64,000 nucleotides of DNA from a virus: IMG/VR virus record IMGVR_UViG_3300036780_000171, positions 19,462 through 83,461 of that record, one strand, 5' to 3'. Of this stretch, positions 1 to 5,925 are shown piece after piece. The translations under genes and the position numbers were made by a program. The first letter of the stretch is position 1; each line of letters opens with the position of its first letter. The notes below the pieces were generated by a model. It had not been told where the DNA came from, did not search any database, and saw only the letters and a list, made by a program, of their open reading frames with translations.

Positions 1-1
1 A

Positions 2-172
2 TTTACCGATAAAGAAATTCTTAAAGCACCAGAGTATTGTATAAGCAAGATACTTGCAAATTTAACTCCTTCTACCGTAGCTTTGCCATCACAGCAATCA
101 CCCACAGACACTACAAACTGGGACAATAGACTTTTTACTGCACCGGATGGCAGCTTATTGTATTACGGGTAG
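2..172 (+). CDS. Partial ORF (3' end only), hypothetical, converging on the portal gene
   Basis: Open frame from window edge FTDKEILKAPEY...LLYYG to TAG at 170-172, read manually. Confidence 0.45.
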   Translation, partial: FTDKEILKAPEYCISKILANLTPSTVALPSQQSPTDTTNWDNRLFTAPDGSLLYYG

Positions 173-2692
173 CACAGTACACATACAGTTCGGGTGAAGC
201 CCTGCAGCTTGTATATCTTCGTAGTCAATTAATAATGTGCCTCCATCAACACCAGTTATTGACTGGCCTTTGCTAACGAAAGCGTCGCTATTTGGAACTA
301 TACTACCATTTAAAGCCTCACAAAATTGGCAAGGGTCTGGCCCTGCTGCGTAGTATTCCTTAGCAATTACAAAACCTGACTGAATATAAGCATCAACAGC
401 TGCCGAGTTGGCTTCATGCATGGTTTCGGTGCGGGCAATGCGAACACTACGGTAGCCCATTGCTTGGCCGAATACGTCATCAATTTCCTTTGACAAGTCT
501 TTTAGTGATAGCCCTTGGTTATAGCCACTTTTAATAACAGAAATAAGTTTGGCTTGCGTTTCTTCACTAAAATCTTTGGCAACCTTTTCCACGCGCTGGG
601 TAATGCGGTCAATGCTTGATTGGCTTAACTCGAACTTAATTGAACTATCAACAATATTCGTGGCTGATTGGCCAGACTGTTTCATAAGTTCAATTAGCAA
701 TGGCATCATATTCGTTGACATTTGTGCAACAAAGCCATCACCGCCAAAATCTAAGGTATCGGGGTCGGGCTGGTCTTGCTGGTCATTAGCAGCCTTGCGC
801 CGTGGCTTGGTGGCTACGAGCAGGCCATGTACTTTCAGACGTTGGTCACCAACCGCATTTTTCATTAAGTCAATGACTTGCGGTTGATAGGCCTGTGCCA
901 TTTTGACAATGCCAAGCCTATAGTTTTCTTTTGCGGCCACGCTTAGTGGGAGCGGCTTGTAAGCTTTTTTTTTAGATTTTAGTATCAGCTTCTTTTTAGC
1001 TGATTTCTTTTCTTCGGCATGACGATATCTACCTTTTTCATCGACCCATATATTCGGGCTATCTTCACGGCCATCACAAGGAACCGGCTCTTTGGCTTCT
1101 TCACTATTAACGTAGCCACTAGCGTCACAACGGTAACATTCGAAGCCGGTTTCATAATGCTCGCCCTTTGAATCGCAGCATTCACAAGCTATGCTGCCTT
1201 TTGGAATTTCAGCGCCATAGGCAGTCTGTGCTTTTTTAGCAGGCTTCACCTTGACATGCTTTTTAATAATACTAGTAATCGCCAATTGTGTTGCGTCGGC
1301 TGTTGCGCCACCGGCATCGCCCACACTGGTTTCGCCGCCACTTTGTGATGCTTCATTGCCACCGTCACTATTATCATCGGGTGAACCACCGCCGCCTTGG
1401 TTAGTCTGGTCATCGCTTCCGCTATTGCCAAAACCGGTAGTATCAGTGGTTTCCATATTGGTTTTTACTTCAAGTGGTACCAAGTTAAGCGGAACCATCA
1501 AAGTATCACCGCCATCGAATGACTGCAAGCCTTCCAAAGCACGTACTTCGTTTGGTGTCATAAATGGCATGGTCGGGCCGACAGCTTGCTTATAGTAGGC
1601 AATTTTCTCGTCGTTATCTTGTGGAATTGGCGACTTGTAGGTAACGGCCAGATTATCTTTGTATTTCTGGTTGTAGAAGGTTTGGATAAAGTCGACCAGC
1701 CGGTTCATTTTTGGGTCAATGACCCGCTTGGCAAAAATATATTCTGCTGTTTTGGCACTGGCATAGTTAACGTTTTCGGTAATACCAAGGATAGGCTTCG
1801 AAACGCGGAACATAAACATAATGTCATCACGAGTCATGGTTTTTAGCTCGCTCAAGTTAATATCAGAGAACGTGCTGCCAATCTTGGTATAGTTCGCATC
1901 CACATTACGAAGAAAGGCTGTCTTGCCCGCATTTTGGACATCACCATACTCACGACGCCACTGGCGCTTAATTTTCTCGAATTCTGGTTCAGGAATAGTG
2001 CCTTTGAAATTTACTATACCGGCTGGTGTGGCATTATTAGCCAAGAAGTTACGGCTATAACGCGAGGTATATTCCTCGGTTTGGATATAGACAATACCGG
2101 CTTGCACCGTACCCATACCACGATAGGGATTAATCGGGTTGGGCATCTTAAAGTGAATGACTTCGTCAAGTTCGAGTGGCACTTGCACGCGGCCATTCCA
2201 TTTATGGTAGATATAGCCGGAAACTTCGCCCGTTTCCTGGTTATAGACAATCTGCACCAAGTCAGGCCGCATAATCCATAATTCTTTTGGCTTGGCAGTA
2301 ATAGTACCTTTTGGCACGTACCAAAAGGCTTCACCGGCCAGCTCGATATGTGTTTGTGTCATTTCAATGAACTCATACGAGCTTTGGGTGGGATTCGGAT
2401 GTTTTAATAATTCCAAAAACGGATGCTGCTTGGTATATGGTGCTAATGAGTCATCGGCTTGCTTGGTCGCCAACTGAAACTCAATACGGGCTACATCTTC
2501 GGCAATAGCACTTACGCAGGCATATGTAATGCCCGTGTACTTTTCGAGTTGCTCAAGCTCACCAACCAAGTTGTTTGGATTAAACCATTGACTAAAAAAC
2601 GACAATGGCCCGACATCGCTAATAATGTTTGCCAAACCATTTAAAAGTTTAGTTCTGATATTTTTTACACCGTTAGATAAAAAGTTTGGCAT
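155..2692 (-). CDS. Portal protein (HK97 family) fused to C-terminal phage Mu gpF/SPP1 gp7-like head morphogenesis domain
   Basis: Portal motifs (YACVSAIAEDVA, LAGEAFW, EVIHFK, MTPNEVRALEGL); C-terminal RIARTET...CQFC...HPNCMC is gpF-like; ATG at 2692. Confidence 0.92.
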   Translation of the reverse strand: MPNFLSNGVKNIRTKLLNGLANIISDVGPLSFFSQWFNPNNLVGELEQLEKYTGITYACVSAIAEDVARIEFQLATKQADDSLAPYTKQHPFLELLKHPNPTQSSYEFIEMTQTHIELAGEAFWYVPKGTITAKPKELWIMRPDLVQIVYNQETGEVSGYIYHKWNGRVQVPLELDEVIHFKMPNPINPYRGMGTVQAGIVYIQTEEYTSRYSRNFLANNATPAGIVNFKGTIPEPEFEKIKRQWRREYGDVQNAGKTAFLRNVDANYTKIGSTFSDINLSELKTMTRDDIMFMFRVSKPILGITENVNYASAKTAEYIFAKRVIDPKMNRLVDFIQTFYNQKYKDNLAVTYKSPIPQDNDEKIAYYKQAVGPTMPFMTPNEVRALEGLQSFDGGDTLMVPLNLVPLEVKTNMETTDTTGFGNSGSDDQTNQGGGGSPDDNSDGGNEASQSGGETSVGDAGGATADATQLAITSIIKKHVKVKPAKKAQTAYGAEIPKGSIACECCDSKGEHYETGFECYRCDASGYVNSEEAKEPVPCDGREDSPNIWVDEKGRYRHAEEKKSAKKKLILKSKKKAYKPLPLSVAAKENYRLGIVKMAQAYQPQVIDLMKNAVGDQRLKVHGLLVATKPRRKAANDQQDQPDPDTLDFGGDGFVAQMSTNMMPLLIELMKQSGQSATNIVDSSIKFELSQSSIDRITQRVEKVAKDFSEETQAKLISVIKSGYNQGLSLKDLSKEIDDVFGQAMGYRSVRIARTETMHEANSAAVDAYIQSGFVIAKEYYAAGPDPCQFCEALNGSIVPNSDAFVSKGQSITGVDGGTLLIDYEDIQAAGLHPNCMCTVLPVIQ

Positions 2693-2753
2693 CAATGCTT
2701 TCCTGGTTCTAAAGTTTATAATACCAGTTTAAGCTATTTATAACCAAAATACT

Positions 2754-3263
2754 CTAGTTATTGAGTAGTGGTGCAAAGTATTTTTTTTCAGCAATCCTAC
2801 GAGCATTAATTGCAGCTTGTTTTTCAATGTAGTAACCAAGTGTTATTTGTTTACCGTTTAGTCCTATTCTAACACGCCATCTTCGTTGGCTTTGAACCCA
2901 GTACACACCTTTTGTACCAGATTTATTATTGTTTTGGATTCTTCTATTAATTTGTTGAACTGTTCGACTTACCCATCGGCAGTTAAAAAGCCAACTATGT
3001 GTTTTACATTCACTACACTTTCCACAAGTATAATTATCATTATTATTTTTTCGGTCAAGGGTATAGTTACTAGGTCGTTCACCCATATCTTCTGTAAAGT
3101 TATCTAAGCCGTTATTTTCTCGCCATCTTTCACAAACTTTAATACCCCGACCACCATAATCTTTATATCTCTTATGCTTTGTATTATAACAACGCTGAAG
3201 CATGTCTTGATATATCTGTCCTAAGGGGTTTTTCGGTATATGAGTACGCCTATGATAATTCAT
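2754..3263 (-). CDS. HNH homing endonuclease with AP2 domain
   Basis: YGGRGIKVCERW...TLDRKNN...NCRW and C-terminal SGTKGV...W...LGY AP2-like domain. Confidence 0.88.
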   Translation of the reverse strand: MNYHRRTHIPKNPLGQIYQDMLQRCYNTKHKRYKDYGGRGIKVCERWRENNGLDNFTEDMGERPSNYTLDRKNNNDNYTCGKCSECKTHSWLFNCRWVSRTVQQINRRIQNNNKSGTKGVYWVQSQRRWRVRIGLNGKQITLGYYIEKQAAINARRIAEKKYFAPLLNN

Positions 3264-3282
3264 AATCTATATTATAGCATAC

Positions 3283-3438
3283 TTACCATATTTTTTCAAT
3301 TTTAGCGCATAAATAGCCTACTATTAGTATAGCAGCGGTAAATAAGGCCATACCAATATTAGAAAATATTGCTATGAGAAAACAAATAATAAATACGAAG
3401 ATGCCATACCATCTGGAAATTGCAACGCGTTTATTCAT
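3283..3438 (-). CDS. Small membrane protein (51 aa)
   Basis: Manual translation MNKRVAISRWYGIFVFIICFLIAIFSNIGMALFTAAILIVGYLCAKIEKIW*, two hydrophobic segments. Confidence 0.55.
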   Translation of the reverse strand: MNKRVAISRWYGIFVFIICFLIAIFSNIGMALFTAAILIVGYLCAKIEKIW

Positions 3439-3444
3439 GGTACC

Positions 3445-3585
3445 TCAATTTAAAAGTAAGGCATGGCTATATCGAGCCTGGTTAATAGCTTGATTTATTG
3501 AATCATTTATATACAAGCAACACATGACTACAGTTAAAATAACACATATAGCTATGACCGGTAAGCTGAAAAGAACATTTTTCAT
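3445..3585 (-). CDS. Small membrane protein (46 aa)
   Basis: Manual translation MKNVLFSLPVIAICVILTVVMCCLYINDS...LLLN*. Confidence 0.5.
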   Translation of the reverse strand: MKNVLFSLPVIAICVILTVVMCCLYINDSINQAINQARYSHALLLN

Positions 3586-3639
3586 AATTAAGCTCTTATC
3601 ATTAGTATAAATTCGTAACAGATATAAAACAAGAAAATA

Positions 3640-3668
3640 TTGATAATTTTACACTCGTGCTATATAAT
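3640..3668 (+). promoter_or_regulatory. Sigma70-type promoter of tRNA array 1 leader
   Basis: TTGATA(3640-45)-17 nt-TATAAT(3663-68), 6 nt before ATG 3675. Confidence 0.8.
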
Positions 3669-3674
3669 AAAAAT

Positions 3675-3737
3675 ATGGCTAAACTAAACGTATTATCAAG
3701 TTCGTTTTATCTCTTGGAAACTCCAGAGGTCTATTAG
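3675..3737 (+). CDS. Attenuator leader peptide 1 (MAKLNVLSSSFYLLETPEVY)
   Basis: Leaderless ORF with codons CTA,TTA,TCA,AGT,TCG,TTT,TAT,CTC,TTG matching the downstream tRNAs; contains antiterminator TCCAGAGGT (3722-30). Confidence 0.8.
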   Translation: MAKLNVLSSSFYLLETPEVY

Positions 3738-3762
3738 CCATATGCTAACTTGGTACGAGAAT

Positions 3763-3794
3763 AAAACCTCTGGAATTTAACCAGAGGTTTTTTT
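3763..3794 (+). terminator. Intrinsic terminator (attenuator) upstream of tRNA array 1
   Basis: AAAACCTCTGG-aatttaa-CCAGAGGTTTTTTT. Confidence 0.88.
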
Positions 3795-3803
3795 AATACC
3801 TAA

Positions 3804-3878
3804 TGCCTTGTAGCTCAACAGTAGAGCATCGGCCCGAAGAACCGAGTGTAGTGGGGGCAGCACCCACCGAGGCAACCA
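3804..3878 (+). tRNA. tRNA-Phe(GAA), atypical (C33, C31-A39 mismatch, T-loop GGCAGCA)
   Basis: Cloverleaf TGCCTTG/CGAGGCA, loop CCGAAGA, encoded CCA. Confidence 0.8.
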
Positions 3879-3881
3879 TAA

Positions 3882-3969
3882 TCGGGAGCGGCGAAGATGG
3901 CGAGTCGCAGCAGTCTGTAAAACTGTTGTCCTTGTGGCTAAATAGGTTCGAATCCTATCTCCCGAACCA
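3882..3969 (+). tRNA. tRNA-Tyr(GTA)
   Basis: TCGGGAG/CTCCCGA, loop CTGTAAA, long variable arm, TTCGAAT, CCA. Confidence 0.92.
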
Positions 3970-3970
3970 T

Positions 3971-4048
3971 GCTCATGTGGCGCAACTGGTAGACGCAAAC
4001 GGCTCAAACCCGTTCCAACTACAGGTTCGAATCCTGTCATGAGTACCA
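3971..4048 (+). tRNA. tRNA-Leu(CAA), short variable region
   Basis: GCTCATG/CATGAGT, AACGG-CTCAAAC-CCGTT, TTCGAAT, CCA. Confidence 0.92.
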
Positions 4049-4049
4049 A

Positions 4050-4126
4050 GCCCCGGTGACGGAACTGGCATACGTACTTGGCTTAGAACCAAGGTTTTAG
4101 GGGTTCGACTCCCCTCTGGGGTACCA
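4050..4126 (+). tRNA. tRNA-Leu(TAG), short variable region
   Basis: GCCCCGG/CTGGGGT, CTTGG-CTTAGAA-CCAAG, TTCGACT, CCA. Confidence 0.92.
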
Positions 4127-4132
4127 ATTTAT

Positions 4133-4216
4133 GCGTCGTTGGCGGAACAGGTATACGCAGTCGGCTTAAACCCGATGCCGCAAGGTTTACTGGTTCGAAT
4201 CCAGTACGGCGTACCA
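4133..4216 (+). tRNA. tRNA-Leu(TAA)
   Basis: GCGTCGT/ACGGCGT, GTCGG-CTTAAAC-CCGAT, variable arm, CCA. Confidence 0.92.
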
Positions 4217-4222
4217 AAATAT

Positions 4223-4310
4223 GGAGGGTCGCAAGGCTGGCGTGCTTATCGGTTTTGAAAACCGTGATGGGGTAAAACCTGTGGGGAATCGTTCTCTCCA
4301 CCCTCCGCCA
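4223..4310 (+). tRNA. tRNA-Ser(TGA), atypical T-loop
   Basis: GGAGGGT/ACCCTCC, G73, loop TTTGAAA, long variable arm, CCA. Confidence 0.85.
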
Positions 4311-4336
4311 AGTACCATCTGAAAACTGGAAATTAG

Positions 4337-4422
4337 GGTGAGTGAACTGGTTGGGAATCAGCTTTGTTTGCTAAACAAATGGCACCGCAAGGTGTGAGTG
4401 TCGGGAACTCCGCTCACCGCCA
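4337..4422 (+). tRNA. tRNA-Ser(GCT), atypical T-arm
   Basis: GGTGAGT/GCTCACC, G73, TTTGT-TTGCTAA-ACAAA, long variable arm, CCA. Confidence 0.82.
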
Positions 4423-4437
4423 TGTTATAATCAGAAT

Positions 4438-4575
4438 ATGTTGGAATTTATAATTTTAATTCTAGTCTTGCTTTGGGTTGGCGGCTTATTGGCAAATGTT
4501 GGCGGCTTAATAAATCTGTTGCTCATAGTTATTCTGGTCTTAGTGATTGTTAAGCTTGCACAGCGTGCCAGATAG
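4438..4575 (+). CDS. lmo0937/DUF5670-like small membrane protein
   Basis: MLEFIILILVLLWVGGLLANVGGLINLLLIVILVLVIVKLAQRAR*; TGTTATAAT just upstream. Confidence 0.75.
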   Translation: MLEFIILILVLLWVGGLLANVGGLINLLLIVILVLVIVKLAQRAR

Positions 4576-4589
4576 CTTATAATCAAAAG

Positions 4590-4710
4590 TGCAACTACTC
4601 TTAGTTGCAGGGTGAGTCATGGGGTGGCCTTTTGAAAAAACCACTTGCGTTGAACTGAAACGAGCTTTTATCGACCGGGGCTTGGTAGCAGGAAGCAAGT
4701 GGTTTTTTCA
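4590..4710 (+). ncRNA. Candidate structured small RNA
   Basis: TATAAT 4578-83; hairpin TGCAACTA/TAGTTGCA; perfect 16-bp inverted repeat 4633-48/4695-4710. Confidence 0.35.
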
Positions 4711-4718
4711 TGGCAAAG

Positions 4719-4749
4719 AAAAAAGGCCAGATTTTCGCTGGCCTTTTTT
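4719..4749. terminator. Bidirectional intrinsic terminator between the convergent tRNA arrays
   Basis: AAAAAAGGCCAG-attttcg-CTGGCCTTTTTT. Confidence 0.88.
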
Positions 4750-4768
4750 ACTCACATATAAGATTCTC

Positions 4769-4844
4769 TGGTTGCGGGAACACGAGAGTTGAACTCGCTT
4801 AAGAAGCCTTATGAGAGCTTCGAGATACCGACCTGCCGCCCGCA
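4769..4844 (-). tRNA. tRNA with CAT anticodon (Met or Ile2), atypical
   Basis: TGCGGG/CCCGCA, AAGCT-CTCATAA-GGCTT, TTCAACT, CCA; own TATAAT 6 nt upstream. Confidence 0.72.
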
Positions 4845-4861
4845 TTATTAATTATATCATA

Positions 4862-4936
4862 TGGTTCAGGTGCTTGGATTCGAACCAAGATTGCGTGAGT
4901 CAAAGTCACGAGTCCTACCTATTAGACGACTCCTGA
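4862..4936 (-). tRNA. tRNA-Gln(TTG)
   Basis: TCAGGAG/CACCTGA, CGTGA-CTTTGAC-TCACG, TTCGAAT, CCA. Confidence 0.9.
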
Positions 4937-4937
4937 T

Positions 4938-5014
4938 TGGTTGGCGAGGTTGGATTCGAACCAACGAATTACCAAGTTCAGAGCTTGGAGCCTTACCAGC
5001 TTGGCCACTCGCCA
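4938..5014 (-). tRNA. tRNA-Gln(CTG)
   Basis: TGGCGAG/CTCGCCA, CCAAG-CTCTGAA-CTTGG, TTCGAAT, CCA. Confidence 0.92.
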
Positions 5015-5086
5015 TGGTACACCTAGTCGGATTTGAACCGAACATCAAGGCTTAGAACACCTTTTCACCTGTCCTGGGCTGGGTGC
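5015..5086 (-). tRNA. tRNA-Arg(TCT), degenerate or atypical D-arm
   Basis: AAGGT-GTTCTAA-GCCTT, TTCAAAT T-loop, acceptor with one mismatch, CCA. Confidence 0.65.
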
Positions 5087-5087
5087 T

Positions 5088-5162
5088 TGGAGGGCTAGGA
5101 GAATTTCGAAATCTCGACTGCCGCATTAAGAGTGCGGTTCTCTGCCTCTGAGTTACTAGCCC
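5088..5162 (-). tRNA. tRNA-Lys(CTT)
   Basis: GGGCTAG/CTAGCCC, CCGCA-CTCTTAA-TGCGG, TTCGAAA, CCA. Confidence 0.88.
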
Positions 5163-5568
5163 GTTTTCTGCGCCCAGTACGCCAGCGATATTTATTCTGA
5201 CTATCTGCCGAAGCTCTCTTACAAGCATTACATCGACAGCCATATTTATATCCTGTATATGTACCATGGATTAAATGTCGTTTTCTTCTTCCAGCTAACC
5301 TACCTTTACGAGAAGCATCTTGCATATTGTCAGCGCGTGTACCAAGAAATAAATGGCTAGGGTTTACGCATATCTTATTGTCACATTTATGGCATACATC
5401 AATTCCTTTGGGTATATCCCCGTTAGAAATAATCCATGAAACACGATGTGTGTCAATAACTTTTTTGCCGACTTTAAAACAGCCATAGCCATTTTTAGTA
5501 CGTCTTGCGGCCATCCATAGCCAGCAATTGCTAGATTTATCGACTTTAAGCCAAAAACGCTTCTCCAT
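5095..5568 (-). CDS. HNH homing endonuclease; 3' end overlaps tRNA-Lys
   Basis: [47 protein letters not shown]. Confidence 0.9.
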   Translation of the reverse strand: MEKRFWLKVDKSSNCWLWMAARRTKNGYGCFKVGKKVIDTHRVSWIISNGDIPKGIDVCHKCDNKICVNPSHLFLGTRADNMQDASRKGRLAGRRKRHLIHGTYTGYKYGCRCNACKRASADSQNKYRWRTGRRKRASNSEAENRTLNAAVEISKFS

Positions 5569-5608
5569 TGGTCGTCATTATAGCACGAACCTTTTTAATG
5601 TACAATAT

Positions 5609-5684
5609 TGGTCAGGGTTGCAGGCTTTGCTCCCGCCGCCTCTGAGTCCCAAACCCAGCGCTCTACTAAATGAGCTAAACCCTG
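5609..5684 (-). tRNA. tRNA-Pro(TGG), atypical T-loop AGCAAAG
   Basis: CAGGGTT/AACCCTG, CTGGG-TTTGGGA-CTCAG, CCA. Confidence 0.85.
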
Positions 5685-5687
5685 ATA

Positions 5688-5758
5688 TGGCACCGGTGTA
5701 AGGGTTCGAACCTCATCTCGCAGTTTTGGAGGCTGCTACGCTCCTAAGCGTCACCGAT
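5688..5758 (-). tRNA. tRNA-Trp(CCA), shortened D-arm
   Basis: ATCGGTG/CACCGGT, G73, GCAGC-CTCCAAA-ACTGC, TTCGAAC, CCA. Confidence 0.8.
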
Positions 5759-5761
5759 ACG

Positions 5762-5789
5762 AAAAAACCGCCCTTGTGTAGGCGGTTTC
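5762..5789 (-). terminator. Intrinsic terminator (attenuator) upstream of tRNA array 2
   Basis: GAAACCGCC-tacacaag-GGCGGTTTTTT on the - strand. Confidence 0.85.
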
Positions 5790-5812
5790 CTTTGCTATGT
5801 TAAGAATTCTGA

Positions 5813-5887
5813 CTATGCTAAGAAACCACCCGTGCTAATCGGATTATCGTGCTTCCACACGCGGACTGGTTTACATATGTTAGCCAT
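5813..5887 (-). CDS. Attenuator leader peptide 2 (MANICKPVRVWKHDNPISTGGFLA)
   Basis: Leaderless ORF with the same 21-nt start as leader 1; GGGTGGTTTC (5822-31) pairs with the terminator 5' arm. Confidence 0.75.
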   Translation of the reverse strand: MANICKPVRVWKHDNPISTGGFLA

Positions 5888-5893
5888 ATTTTT

Positions 5894-5922
5894 ATTATAT
5901 GGTAGTGAATAAAAAAAATCAA
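5894..5922 (-). promoter_or_regulatory. Sigma70-type promoter of tRNA array 2 leader
   Basis: TTGATT-17 nt-TATAAT, 6 nt before ATG 5887. Confidence 0.8.
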
Positions 5923-5925
5923 GTC

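Noticed and set aside
5015-5086. Possible amber suppressor tRNA (TTCTAAG) and stop-codon recoding
   Set aside because: The stem AAGGT/GCCTT centres the loop on TCT (Arg). Genes end normally at TAG, TGA and TAA under code 11.
3777-5267. Short ORFs over the tRNA arrays (3777-4049, 3803-4042, 4083-4301, 4861-5055, 4866-5048, 5052-5267)
   Set aside because: Shadow ORFs of tRNA genes.
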